Shown: positions 14,270 through 27,840 of the stretch, piece after piece
Numbering within the stretch: position 1 is the stretch's first letter
Layout: every line of letters starts with the position of its first letter
Assembly: GCF_006345805.1 (NCBI RefSeq)
Contig: NC_043003.1
Location: forward strand, 50,096,001-50,160,000
Reading direction: 5' to 3'
DNA length: 64,000 bases
DNA from: Octopus sinensis
Taxonomy: Eukaryota
The notes under the pieces: model-generated
What the model saw: the letters and a program-made list of their open reading frames with translations, nothing else
The model's database searches: none
Told to the model about the DNA's origin: nothing
Position numbers and translations under genes: made by a program

Positions 14270-14702
14270 GCCAGTCAGGCTGATTGCCCGCGCCAGCCTA
14301 ACTACCTCTCTCCAACCCTCCTGATCTTCCATTAGTGTTTTTAGGGCTTCAACTTGGCATCCAACATCTTCTGCAAGCTTTTATATATACGTCTTCTGTG
14401 GTCTTCCGGCTGCTGTGGTACCATGGTTTGGTGCTCACAGCAACACATTACTCACTAGTTCTTCTTTACTTTTCCAGCAGTGGCCAGTAAACCTCAGCAT
14501 CCACTTTTGGATGATTGATGAGAAAGTTGGTACATTCCCATATAACCGCTGTTTTGTTAGGTGCTCCCTCCAAGAGATGTTGAGCACTGCACGTAGCATT
14601 CTAGTGTAGGCACTGTCTAGTATGCACCTGAGTCTCTTGGTGAGAGTCCAAGTCGGAGATCCATATACAAGCACAGATTCAACAACTACTCTGAAGAACT
14701 GT
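14270..14702 (-). mobile_element. RTE-clade LINE 3' end (RT C-terminal region)
   Basis: QFFRVVVESVLVYGSPTWTLTKRL...LDSAYTRMLRAVLNISWREHLTKQRLYG...LRFTGHCW, typical of RTE-clade RT tails. Confidence 0.85.
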
Positions 14703-14707
14703 CCGGT

Positions 14708-15730
14708 AGCATTGACTTATCGTCTCTCGTACGATTTATACCTAAGCACAACATCCTCATCATTGGCGGAGATATGAATGCACAAGTAGGCCATGACAAT
14801 CCCCATCACAAGTACTCGTTCCATCAAACTTCAAACCGAAATGGAGAACACTTAGAACACTTTTTGGTAGAAAACAAACTTCAATGCCTGAACACTTATT
14901 TTCGGAAGAGACTACGAAATAAGTAGGCCCATACTTCCCCAAACAGATTCAAAGCTCAGACTATCTTAACATGAACAAAAAGTGGATTAACAGTTACTAC
15001 AACTGAAGCATATAACACTTTCTTTAGTGTATCATCTGATTATCGAGTAGTAACATCTAAGCTTCAAGTAAGCCTCCGAACAAGCAAGATAAAAGGAACC
15101 TCAAAACCGCCCTATAACTGGTCTATTCTGATGTGCAACGAGGAAGTCTGAAATGATTTCATGAGCAAACTCAGAAATCGCTTCCATAAGTTACAAGATG
15201 CAAACGATCACACACCAAACACAACATATCTCAACTTCGTCCGAGCTCATTATGAAGCTGCTGAAAAATGCATCCTTTTGAGACCAAAAGTGAAAGGACG
15301 AAACCCTTAGGAAAGCGATACAGTGCTCGCAAAAAGAATTAACATAAAGGAAATAGCCAAATAGCACAACAGGAATCCTACGAGAAGAAATTTAAATAGA
15401 AAAACGAAGGCGCTGAAAGAACTTAATGTATTATATCAGACGGAACAGCAAAAATACATTCAAAGCCAAATTGACAAAATCGAAAACGCAGCAGACAACA
15501 AACAGTCTTCCTTGGCGTGGCTGACAGTAAATGGAGTGAGTGGTCGGAAGAAATCTTCAAAAGTGAAGTTAAAGGACTCTAGTCTACAGGAGAAATTGAG
15601 TAAGTGGAAATACCATTTTCAAAACCTTCTGGGGAAATCACCGAATACATCAAACCGGCGAATCCATCGTATTGTTGAAGAGGTCCTAGATATCAAGCAG
15701 GGCCCCTTCTCGATAGAAGTCGTACTGAAG
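14708..15730 (+). mobile_element. RTE-clade LINE APE endonuclease plus linker fragment, inverted relative to the 3' end
   Basis: IPKHNILIIGGDMNAQVG, SNRNGEHL, LQCLNTYFRK, SSDYRVV, KWKYHFQNLLGK; degenerate. Confidence 0.85.
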
Positions 15731-15774
15731 AAGACAAGAACCTCTCACCACCACCATATAGCTTAAAACGAAAT

Positions 15775-15955
15775 CGAAATGTAAACCTGTGAACTCGTGA
15801 AGCATCTTATGTCACCTGAAGAGGGTCTTTTGCACTGTGCGTTGCACCTGGTATTATTACCGCGTTCTATGCCCACTGGAGACCAGTGCAGTATGAAGCC
15901 GAAACGATTGTTATGCCAATAAATACTCCTAGTTACACTCCGTCTTCGGTATTAA
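15775..15955 (+). mobile_element. Penelope-like pseudo-LTR relic with a degenerate hammerhead and a long stem II
   Basis: tgtcac-CTGAAGA-gg...tgcactg...cagtgca...cc-GAAA-cgattgtt-atgcca. CpG-type decay explains most of the lost pairs; AATAAA follows. Confidence 0.5.
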
Positions 15956-15957
15956 TT

Positions 15958-16003
<46 letters not shown>

Positions 16004-16039
16004 TGTATGTATGTATGTATGTATGTGTGTGTGTATGTG

Positions 16040-16290
16040 TGTGTGTGTGCGTGTGTATATGCGCACCTTCGTTTTGGGATCACCAATACTTTATTACCTC
16101 CCCTTCTTTCAGTCGCTGCTGTAAAATCGTTTTTGTTTTTCTCTCTCTGTTTATTTTCTCTTATTCCTTTCTGTTGAAGAGTGTAGGCTCGAAACTTAAA
16201 GGCTTTTTCACTTTCTCGAGCGTCAAACTAATACACCTGTTTATTGATACACCTATCTTCGTCTTTTGTTTTTCTGTAAATTTCAACTAA
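16040..16290 (+). mobile_element. Hammerhead-relic repeat (pLTR-like family H2), copy 2
   Basis: ccttt CTGTTGA A GAG tgtagg CTC GAAA CTTA aagg, then gagcgtcaaactaatac, which is shared with the other copies. Confidence 0.55.
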
Positions 16291-17156
16291 ATATATATGT
16301 ATGTATGTATGTATATGAGACGAACTTCTTTCAGTTTCCGTCTACCATATCCACTCAGAAGTCCTTAGTCGGACAGTGGCTATAGTAGAAGACAAACTCA
16401 CAGTACCACGCTGTGTGACTGAACCAAGAACCATGTAGTTGGGAAGCAAACTTCTTAATACACAGCTACGCCTGCTCGTATGTATGATGAAAATCATTCC
16501 AGCCATGACAATACAGTCATCGTTTCAGATCTAGCTTGTCTATGACAATATTATCTAATATGTCACCATTTTAATTTTTTTTTTTCAAGACAGCAGGTTG
16601 TGGGTTCAATGAGTTTTGGTAATTTCTTACAGACTGATATCCACTTAACTCGAGTTATAAGAAGAACTACAGAAGAAATAGATACCCCTCCCATCAAAGA
16701 CCTGAGCTGGAGAAATGTCTAGAGAGGCAGAAGAAAGAGCTTGCAGTATTTCTATTGGAACTTTATATTCTGAGTTCAAATCCTGCCGTGGGCAATCTTG
16801 CCATTAATTCTTATGAGGGTCAATAAAATAAAATGCTAGTTAATACTGACGTTAATGTTATCGACAAATCCCATACCCAGCTGACCTGGTTCCAGAAATC
16901 TGAAACCATTATCTAGAGCAGTTGACGCTAAAATCGAAAAAGTGGAGAAAAAGAAAGAAAGAAAGAATCTTACAGTATTTATTTATTCTGGCTCTTTCCG
17001 TTTTGAATTTAAACCTGATTGAGATCTACAATGCAATTCGTCGATCCAAGATCGATAAACTAAAGTACCAGTTAAGAGACCGGGTCGATATAATCGACTG
17101 TTCTCTTTCCCAAAATACCATGACTTCCGACTTAGCAAGAAATCGTTTTTATTTGT

Positions 17157-17194
<38 letters not shown>

Positions 17195-18904
17195 TAGTAG
17201 TTATGGTGGTAGTGGCGGCGGTGGTGGTGGCGTTAGTGATGCTGGTGATGCTGGTGATGCTGGTGGTGGGGTTCTTTGTACATGATATTTACGGCAACGG
17301 ATTTTCTTATGACTGCTAGAAAGGAAAAAAAAAATTCAAAGCAAAGCAGCTGTTTGTTTCACATCGAGCCACAAGCGAATTTGATAAAAGTCTGTGTTGC
17401 ATTACAATAACGCTATTTTGTACATGAATACAATAACGATGTGGGTATATGTTCTAAAACTTGTTTTAGAATTGTCTAGAATATCGGAAGCCTTATTATC
17501 TGTTGACTACAGAAACAGCAGAAGCAGTTGAAGTCGTTGTTGTTTAGCTGTTGTAGTTGTTGTCAGGTCAAACGATCAAAGAGAACTATGATCAAAAGCC
17601 TTTTCAATTGTGCCTAATTCGTATATAACCCTTTTTTTCTTTCTCTCTTTAGGTACAGTTGCATCCAAAGAAGGTCCTACCATCCAAACATATTTGTATA
17701 GATGCAATACATCTATCAAGGATCATATTATGCAACGTGACCCTTTTTCTTTTTGAAGACAGTAGGGTGTGATTTGAGGGTCATTTGGTTGCTATTTGTA
17801 TCGTACAACACTAGTTATTTTGGTGTATAAGGTAACATCTGACATGTATTAAGAATAGCAGTTGTTCGCTTGTTTTGGTGCATATCTTATTTAAAAGTCT
17901 TGCAACTTATTCTTTCAGTTTCCGTCACCGATCTGCCAAGTTGCAGGGACATAAGCATATCAACTCTGGTTTTAAAAAGATGAAAGACAAACACATATAC
18001 AAACTGGTACTCCGTTCGGTTACAACAAGGGTTCCAGTTTATCCGATCAACGGAACAGCCTGCTCGTGATATTAACGTGTAAGTGGCTGAGCACTCCACA
18101 GACATGCGTATCCTTAACGTAGTTTCTCTGGGAGATTCAGCGTGACACAGAATGTGACAAAGCTGGTCCTTTGAATTACAAGCACAATTCATTTTTTTGA
18201 CAACTGAGTGGACTAGAGTAACGTAGAATAAAGTGTCTTGCTCAAGGATACAGCACATCACCGAGAATTGAACTCACGACCTTACGACAGTAAGCCGAAT
18301 GCCCCAAGCACTAAGCTACGCGTCTTCACACACATACAAACGTACACACACGCACGAACCCACCCAAACACATACACACACACACGATGGGTTTCAACAA
18401 ACTTTCTGTTTACCAAATTTATTCAGAAGGTCATTGGATGACCGGCCGGCTCAGTGCTGATACTTGCCCTAAGGTGCCGCTTTGTGGCATTAAACCCGAA
18501 ACCACGTGGTTGCCAAGCGAAATTCTTAAGAACATAGCTATGCCTACTTCTTGTAATCAGAAACATGTTGTAGAATTAGTAAAGTGTCAGAGAAAATTAG
18601 GTTTCATTCTTCGGAAATTCCAAAGAACAAATATTGTAAATGCCATCCCCGATGTCATTCACGACAAAGTATGAGAAGCTATCATCACTCTCATCACCAT
18701 CATCACCAAGAATGTCACCATTTTTTCTTTTATATAGGCGCTGCGGTGAGACTTGAGGGAGATACTGACTGCTACTTCTAAAGGATCGAGTGACCATGTT
18801 GAGGCTTTATTTTTTGAGTATATTGCTGCTAGCTGTGTTATACAAACACACATGCCCACATATACATACCATATGTAGACACACATATATGTAGATATGT
18901 ATGC

Positions 18905-18954
<50 letters not shown>

Positions 18955-19089
18955 ATACATATGTATATACAATATATTTATAGAATGTATATATATATAT
19001 ATGAGTGTGTGTGTGTGTGTGTGTATATATGCGCGCGCACACACACAACACACACACACATGCACACAACACACACACACACACACATA

Positions 19090-19580
19090 CAGAGTGCAGT
19101 GAATATATTGTCGTTTAAATTATCAAAATTGAAACTAACACTGACATCTCATGTTAACAGATATTTACCAAAATTACATAAAAATATCTTGAAATACTAA
19201 AGAATAAAATTATTCAATAAAATCGCCATTGGCTTCAAACACGGCCTCCAGATGATTTCGGAATCTCCTGTAACTCTTCTGGACGGTCTCCTTGTTTAAG
19301 TTGGTGAATGCTGCCATAATCCTTGCCTTCAGTTCATCTTTGGTGTTACAAGGAGTTTTGTTGGTCTCTCGCTCAACTGCGCCCCACACATAATAATCAA
19401 GGGGGTTGCAGTCTGGGGAGTTAGGTGGGCAGATATTAGGGGTGATGTGGTCGCAGAAATTGTCTGACAGCCATGACTGGGTTCTCCTGCTTGTGTGGCA
19501 TAGTTCAGAGTCCTGTTGCCAGACCCAGGGTTCTCCAGCAGCCACCCTCTAGACCCAGGGCAGCATTACCTCCTTCTGAA
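19090..19580 (-). mobile_element. Tc1/mariner (maT/DD37D-like) transposase C-terminal remnant
   Basis: WVWQQDS..CHTSRRTQSWL...PPNSPDCNPLDYYVWGAVE...FEANGDFIE*; TA|CAGAGTGCAG terminus at 19088-19099. Confidence 0.88.
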
Positions 19581-19627
19581 AAATCTTCAAGGGCATTTCA
19601 TACACTGCTATCCAGTAGAAGGATCCT

Positions 19628-20648
19628 CGATATCATGGATTGAGAGAACACTCACTCGCTCCCCTGAGCTTATTTTACAGGGATTTTGATACTACACCTG
19701 CATTCGTGTACACGCCTTCACGTGCAATCACGCGCTAACGCATTTTATGTACTGCCCACTCACTGACTGCACATTCTGGTACGCAAAGCGGCACCGCTAT
19801 TCAGACTCACTTGAATAAATATCTGTCCCGTATACTCTTCAATGATCCTCTCTCCTGATATTTAAAATTTTTCCTCAACCATGCGTTACTTGCGCTTCTT
19901 CAATCGTTCGTTTCCTTTTCTCGGAACCTCACTTGAGGGGGAATGATGTAGTGGCTTCATGCAGGCATAGCATGGATTCGATCCTCAATAGCCAAATTTC
20001 ACTTAACAACAGCTCAACAGCACTTTTCTTACGGTAAAACAATAGTTTTTGCCAGATGTCTTTGCTAAGCAGAATAATGTTTTTTGCCACTTGACCCCTG
20101 CTAACCTTTTGTATGCTGTGGAGAGTTAGACTGACAGAACAATAGACCTCCCAAAATGCCCATTGTTTGGATAACGGTGTGTCTCCCTTTCTCGCGATCT
20201 TTGCGATAATTACATATACAGAAGATTCCCAAGCAAAAGTTAGTCGGTGAGAACCGAGTTTGGCTGACTGGCTGAACAAAACGCCGTCTCTAAAAGAAAA
20301 GGTACGAAGGTACAACTATGGTAACTCACCAACGAAGCAATTGTTTCGTCCCACCACTCTCACTTTCCCTTACTCACTTTCTTTTCTCTGTAACATTACC
20401 ATATCGTTCTCTATGTATTACTATCAGATCGTGTACACACATACCGGTCGTAATTAACGCTTTTTACCTCGCATGTTTTTTCCATTTACTAGTTATACAT
20501 TCCAACCCGTCTTGGATACATAAAATGAGTTAACGCGTGATTGCGCGTGAAGGCGTGTACACGAATGCAGGTGCACGTATCAAAATTCCCAGTAAAATAA
20601 GCTCAGAGAAGCGAGTGAGTGTATTCTCAATCCATGATATCGAAGTAT
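19628..20648. mobile_element. ~1-kb TIR element with ~120-bp inverted ends, unclassified
   Basis: tcgatatcatggattgag...aacgcattttatg (19628-19750) is the reverse complement of 20519-20645. Confidence 0.75.
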
Positions 20649-21188
20649 ATACAAAGTAACGATAAATAAAAATCTCTTTACGACTTCAATCACTGTTCTT
20701 CTTCCATCTTGCGTACTGGCAACCAACACCTTAACAACACAACCGTTACAATTGGTGATGGCTCTGACGTTCCATCCTATTGTTTATCAATTATTGTTTA
20801 ACCGTTACATATCCATAATAAAATTCTAATTGAGAAATGTAAATTTTTTATTAAAACAAAACACGCCGGTGAAATAAATCTCGTAGTGTGAAGAATCGAC
20901 ACAAGCCGGTGAAACATAACACAACGTGCGGTTGTCGTGGTAACCAAGCTATTAATGCTTCGCTGTCTGTTGATTGGCTAAAATTATCCAAATTTCCCAA
21001 CTTTAATTTCAAATAACATCAGGTTCTTTAAGTATTGGTTCATCGTAATCAAAATTCAGAGTTGCATTGGTACACCCAAATTGAAAGCAATCTGAACAAA
21101 ATTAAAGAGGGCCCATTTTGTGAATGAGAAAAGCTAACTCCACGAGGTTCCTCAATTTAAGTACCTGATTCAACTCAATCTTACGTAT

Positions 21189-21266
<78 letters not shown>

Positions 21267-22267
21267 GCACATGTATATATGTACGTATTTGTGTGTCTGT
21301 GTTTGTCACCCCACCATCGCTTGACAACCGATGTTGGTGTGTTTACGTCCCTGTAAATTATCGGTTCGGCAAAAGAGACCGATACAATAATTACTAGACT
21401 TACAAAGAATAAGTTCTAGCGTCGATTTGTTCGACTAAAGCCCGTAAGCCAGTATGGCTGTAGTCAAATGACTGAAACAAATAAAAGATTGAAATATAGG
21501 CACAGGCGTAGTTGTGCGGTAAGAAGCTTGCTTTCCAACCGCATGCTTTCGGGTTCAGGCCCATTGCGTAGCACCTTGCGCAAGTGTCTTCTACTATAGC
21601 CTTGGGCCGACCAAAGTCTTGTGAGTGGATTTGGTAGACGGAGACTGAAATAAGCCCGTCGTATATATGTTTATATATATGCATGTGTGTGTATATGTTT
21701 GTGTGTCTGTGTTTGTCCCCCCCCCAACATCGCTTGACAACTGATGCTGGTGTGTTTACGTCCCCGTAACTTAGCGGTTCGGCAAAAGAGATCGATAGAA
21801 TAAGTACTAGGCTTACAAAGAATAAGTCGATTTGCTCGACAAAAGGCGGTGCTTCAGCATGGCCACAGTCAAATGACTGAAACAAGTAAAAGAGTAAAAG
21901 AGTTATTCTCCGCATTCGTTTTTATTCCGTGTAAAATTATAGTATTATTTTCAATCCAACTACATTTTATGCTGTGTGCGTTATCGATACACACAACCAA
22001 ACACACACATATATATATATATATAATAGCACACACATACATACACACTCTCTACAGTTAAACTCATTCAAGAGATTAGCACATGCACGCCAACACATAC
22101 ACTGCACACAAGCACTAAACACACGCGATAATTCACAGGCACACACCACACATTATATATGTATATATATATATATATAAATACGCAGATACACAAACGT
22201 TCATTACATACACGCGCGCAACATCCAATTAATTCCTTGAGCTTTATTTAGATTCAAAAGGCTAAAT

Positions 22268-22417
22268 ACACACAGACACAAACACTACACACACACTACA
22301 AACACCACATACGTATACACACACACACACACACACACGCACACACACACACACACACACAGAAACACAATATACACAGACACAAACACTACACACACAC
22401 TACAAACACCACATACG

Positions 22418-22475
<58 letters not shown>

Positions 22476-22572
22476 CACAATATATACAGACACAAACACT
22501 ACACACACACTACAAACACCACATACGTATACACACAAACACACACGCATACACACACACACACACACGCAT

Positions 22573-22603
<31 letters not shown>

Positions 22604-22765
22604 CACAATATATACAGACACAAACACTACACACACACTACAAACACCACATACGTATACACATACACACACACACACATACACACACACACACACACAG
22701 GAACACAATATATACAGGCACAAACACTACACACACACACTACAAACACCACATACGTATACACA
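22268..22765. repeat. Compound minisatellite, five ~100-130-bp units
   Basis: Unit core acagacacaaacactacacacacactacaaacaccacatacgtatac followed by variable (AC)n. Confidence 0.9.
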
Positions 22766-23389
22766 CACACACGCGTGCTACATACTCACCATATGTACAC
22801 ACACGTACACACACACATACACACACACGTACATACACACGTACAAGGAAAGAAAAAGAAGACAATAAGAAACCTCGTCTCCTACAACATGTTCTAAGCT
22901 TGCAACTTTTAGTCCTTTGTTTATAACGGCTATCTCTGTTTCCGGTAGTGGAGAATAAGAATAGGAAATTACGCGTAACCTTAATGAATGGAATGGAATT
23001 CTTGTTGTAGATAAATTCCTCATATAAAGGGGACCACTTTAATCTGACATGGTGGTTTGACAGGTCAATTTCGGAAATTCCCGGTGCGCACAATTTCTCG
23101 TGTATAAACGCCAACAGAATGCAAATAGCTTTTCCTTCAAATGCCATGCATGCATACATAAAAAGACATTTATAAACACACACACACACACACACATAAA
23201 CACACACACATACACACACACACATAAACATACACACACATAAACACACACACATACACACACACTCACACACATATAAACATGCACGCACATACATACA
23301 CATGTCCTTATTTGTGCGTATATGTATATTTGTGTGCATATATCTATCTGTATGCACACACACACACATTTATACACACACGCATTTAT

Positions 23390-23422
<33 letters not shown>

Positions 23423-24107
23423 CACACATACACGCACCCCCCATATATATATATATAACACACACACACACACACGCACACACACACACACACACACAGA
23501 CACGTATACACAGAAGGGACTGCTCTGGGATGAAAATAAGCAAAACCTGCGGTACAGAATACCTACACATCAGCACAAGGAAGAACATTCCTATATTAAA
23601 ACTCCCACCATGATAGACTTGATGTAGTTATTTGAGACGCAAAGAAAAATAAAACGCTCATGTACAGCCATAGAGGTTAGGCGCTCGGCAGATGTGAACA
23701 TCCCTTCCAAAATCAATGACACCGAGAATATCCAGGGATAAATACTTCGAAATCCGCGGCTCTTCTAACTTCATTATACGTTTACAATTATGCCAATAAC
23801 GATTGCTATATATCCCGGTTATGTTAGTCTGTGTTTAAACGAAAATCTAAGAATGTTAGTTTAAAAATGAAGACAAGACCGGCTAATTCGAACTTTATAC
23901 ATATCATCTGTAAAGGGAACAGCAAAAATGTATAAGACTTTCTTAAATTAGTTATGTAACTATTATCATCATTGTTATCCAAATTACAGCAATGGAGCTT
24001 TCGTTTCTTTGATGGAAATCAACTTCCTCCTTCTAGCAAAAGCATTAGGCATACATACATACATACATACATACATACATACATACATACATACATACAT
24101 ACATACA

Positions 24108-24134
<27 letters not shown>

Positions 24135-24143
<9 letters not shown>

Positions 24144-24680
24144 TGGTGGCTGCCCCTTCGTTATCGAGTATGGCCATTGCACGAAGCTTAATCAATGTTG
24201 TTATCGTGCAATGCCTGTGCAAGATGATTTTTTTTAAATGAGGAAAGGCTGTGACCTGAGTCAACCCCACTCACAGCAGCCATAATCCGAAAAGAAGAAC
24301 AAGTCAACATCATCGGTAACCACTGAGCCGCAGGTTATCCCAGTTACCTGAGTTACCTTCCCCTAGAAGGATGCCCTAACAAAGGCTAGGAGTCCTTCAC
24401 TCCCAATGGTTTAACCGCGCGATCGGGTATTCAGTACGATTATTTCTATGTCCCCGCGCATGATACAGCCTTAAGACATTTATTGGATGGCTGTTGACTC
24501 TCAAGAGTTCCTCCACCCTTTGACGGGTTTTGCTTTTCATCCCGCAGGGTGTCCAATAAACACCCTCCTCACCAAGGAAGCTTGGTGGGGTTGCCGGTTT
24601 AGTCGCCGGCGATCCGACCATGCAACAGGTTGTACTGGGTTACATGTTACCAGTAGCACTCGAAAGTGACCTGACATACG
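24135..24680 (-). mobile_element. Non-autonomous bipartite RTE-like element (5'UTR-like part plus 3' end), inside (TATG)n
   Basis: 3' ttaagcttcgtgcaatggccatactcgataacgaaggggcagcca matches 27648-27692; the 5' part has an RTE-5'UTR-like ccttctaggggaaggtaact; no ORF. Confidence 0.6.
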
Positions 24681-24904
24681 TACATACATACATACATACA
24701 TACATACATACATACATACATACATACATACATACACAATATTATTCATTTTAGCACCCCAGACAAAATGCTTTCAGGCCTTGTGTCTATAGTACATAAG
24801 ATTATTTATAATTTTATCTATGAGTTATAAGTGTGTGTGTATGTGTGTGTATACATATATATACAAGGACATAATGGAAGTTTATATATATATATATATA
24901 TATA

Positions 24905-24961
24905 TATCTGTTGTCTACACCACCTGTCTTCGTCTTTTGTTTTTTTTTGTGAATTCTCCCT

Positions 24962-25027
<66 letters not shown>

Positions 25028-25260
25028 AAAAATCGGAGAAAAAAAACAAAACGAGGACGCGGTACATGGCAAAGTATTAATAAGACGCTCAGAAAGAGAA
25101 GGAAAGTGTGGTTGCTTTATGTTTCAAGCAAAGCTCTCCTGATGAAACAAGAAGATATAGGAAAGTCCAAAAGAAAAGGAAGACGGAGGAAAAATCTCCA
25201 ACAGTCCATGTGTATTAACATTTTGGAATGACCAGAAGTAGATGGACAAAGTGAAATTAC
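24905..25260 (-). mobile_element. Family H2 relic, copy 3 (minus), plus an opposite-orientation 3' piece at 24905-24960
   Basis: Minus strand reads tcagga gag ctttg ctt GAAA cataaa ... ctgagcgtcttattaatac. 24905-24960 matches the 16250-16290 end on the plus strand. Confidence 0.45.
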
Positions 25261-25468
25261 TTTCTGGGATAGGAGAGAGTGAAGAATGGTTGGTAACTGT
25301 GTGTATTTGCGTGTGTGTTCGGTGGCATGTGTGGGTGTGATAGCGTCTGTGTGTGTGTGTGGTAGTAACTGAGTGAGTGTGTGTGTTTGTGTGCGTGTGG
25401 TGGTGGTGGCATGTGTGTGTGATACTGTATGTATGGTTAGCGTGTGTATGACATGTATATACATGCAC

Positions 25469-25580
<112 letters not shown>

Positions 25581-25972
25581 TGTGTGTCTGTCTGTCGATC
25601 TGTCTGTGAGTATGTATACACATGTTTGTATGTATAAAAATCATATTTACAGTTATGCGAATAAAGTACCGTGACATACAATATATAAGTAGAAACAGCT
25701 GCAGAGATGATACAAAACAACAATTGATTTAATTTTAGCTGTCAAGAGCAAATCTATTTTACCGGATTATTTTTATATTATGGAGGGATTTAACAGAAAT
25801 CTGGATGAGTGGCAGATATGCTACAATTTCGTACTAAATGACTTTCGATGCTTACTTATTATGTAAGGAGGATAGACAGACACAAAAGTAGCTTCGAGGC
25901 AGCACTCGTAACTTGTTAAGAGTTGTTAGAGCGTTAAGACAAAATACTTTTCAGAATTTGCTACAGCTCTTT

Positions 25973-26410
25973 AAGGCAGCGAGCTGGCAGAAACGTTAGC
26001 ACGCCGGGCGAAATGCTTAGCAGTATCTCGCCTGCGCTACGTTCTGAGTTCAAATTCCGCCGAGGTCGACTTTACCTTTCATCCTTTCGGGGTCGATTAA
26101 ATAAGTACCAGTTACGCACTGGGGTCGATATAATCGACTTAATCCGTTTGTCTGTCCTTGTTTGTCCCCTCTGTGTGTCACCCCTTGTGGGCAGTAAAGA
26201 AATAAGAAACGTTAGCCGGGCAAAATGCTTAGCGGCATTTCGTCCGCCTTTACCGTGTAAGTTCAAATTCCACCGGCATCGACTTTGCCTTTCATTCCCT
26301 TCAGGGTCGATAAAACGAGTACTCCAGTGCTCGATTGGGGGCGGTGTAATCAACTTACCCTCTCCACCACCACCCCGAAATTTCAGGCATTGTTTCTATA
26401 GTAGAAAAGA
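25973..26410 (+). mobile_element. SINE-A dimer
   Basis: Full young copy followed by a second copy with the alternative tail. Confidence 0.9.
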
Positions 26411-26436
26411 ATTTGTTACAGTTCTGAGTATTTCGA

Positions 26437-26690
26437 CGAGGGCGCGTGGCTTAGTGGTTAGGGTGTTGCACTCACTATCGCAAGATCGTGGTTTCGATTC
26501 CCCGGATCGAGTGGTGCTAAGTGTTCTTGAGCAAAATACTTCATTTCACATTGCTCCAGTTCACTCAGCTGTAAAGGAATAACCCTGAGATGGATCGTCA
26601 TCCCACGACGGGTTAACGTTGTGATCTCAGTCACTTAAATGCCATGGCAACCGGGTAATCGGCTCTATGAGTCCTAGGACTCGAAATAGT
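26437..26690 (+). mobile_element. tRNA-derived SINE with a V-domain-like tail (tentative)
   Basis: Head as in SINE-E; aaccctgagatggatcgtcatccc resembles V-SINE central domains (from recall). Confidence 0.55.
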
Positions 26691-27284
26691 AATGTCTAGG
26701 AAATTTACTTCACTGCTGTGCAGTCTGAGTTCAAATCTCGCTGAGGTCAGTTTGATTTTCTTCTTTAGGAGTCTTGAAGACCTGGTTCAGAGCGGTGGAA
26801 TGGCAGTATTTGTTGGAACGGGAAACAAGATGCTTTGCGATATATTGGTGGTTCTCTCAGCCTTTTGCGTTTCTGAGTTCTTGTGTGGCACACTTAATCC
26901 ATCAACTGGTTCAGTACCACCACCTGGTCTTTCGTTGCCTTGTACGTAATTCACTCTGCTCCAATCATTGTGCCCCAGTCAGGACAGTTTTCCTCCCTTA
27001 CGTCCTCTAGTTTCGGAAACTCCCGAAAGAAAAAAAAAAGTCACGACTGTTGCCTTATTCTCGACTAAATAGTAAAGAAAAGAAAAGGCAAGGAAATGCT
27101 TTGTAGCGACAACCACAGGCTAGTGTCTTCTGTTGTGTACTCAGGCTTATTGACACATTGAGAATAGAACTTGATAAAAATTGTAGGAGTGACTGTCCTG
27201 TATATATTCGCGTGTATGTATGTATGTATGTATGTATGTATGTATGTATGTATGTATGTATGTATGTATATGTATGTATGTTTT

Positions 27285-27700
27285 GGCATCCTTGAATCCT
27301 TCATTCTGACCAGGTGACCACTTCACCTGACATGCAATGTCTGTGCAAGACCCTGCCTCAGTAAAGCTGGACTCATGAGTCATCTTCGTAGTCATAAAAC
27401 GAGAAAGATGAGTGACAACCTGGCCACTGGTGGTGGTATAACACACCATACTAATCATATCTGTCGGGCATGTGGGAGAGAGTGTAATTCGGCAGGAGGA
27501 CTTAAACGACATGCAAAGGTACATGAATCCCAGTTACAACTACAGCCGACTATTACCAGTAAAGGTTTTAGTTGCCAATTTTGTACAAGACATTGTAGAT
27601 CTTTAGCTGGGCTAAAAAGTCACATTCGATCACAGTACCAGTAACAGTTAAGCTTCGTGCAATGGCCATACTCGATAACGAGGGGGCAGCCATAATAATG
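27285..27700 (+). mobile_element. 5'-truncated LINE 3' end (RTE-like) with three tandem C2H2-type zinc fingers, inside (TATG)n
   Basis: CNVCARPCLSKAGLMSHLRSH; CRACGRECNSAGGLKRHAKVH; CQFCTRHCRSLAGLKSHIRSQ. The 3' UTR is shared with 24140-24200. Confidence 0.75.
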
Positions 27701-27840
27701 TATGTATGTATGTATGTATGTATGTATGTATGTATGTATGTATGTATGTATGTATTATGTATGTATGTATGTATGTATGTATGTATGTATGTATGTATGT
27801 ATTGTATGTATACACACACACACACAAACACACATATATA

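Noticed and set aside
22268-22765. CRISPR-like repeat/spacer array
   Set aside because: The spacers are (AC)n, the genome is eukaryotic and there are no cas genes.
22740-23369. 209-aa minus ORF with a unique central part
   Set aside because: Both ends are CA repeat, the internal splice sites are weak and no domain was recognised; kept only as a possible continuation of the 28-33 kb candidate.
25739-25870. Plus-strand segment VKSKSILPDYFYIMEGFNRNLDEWQICYN resembling an axonemal dynein heavy chain stretch
   Set aside because: Similarity is short and from recall; there is no good donor before the stop and no other dynein-like exons were seen.
26013-26582. 189-aa ORF and similar SINE-spanning ORFs (21400, 46125, 29322)
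   Set aside because: They lie entirely within SINE copies.
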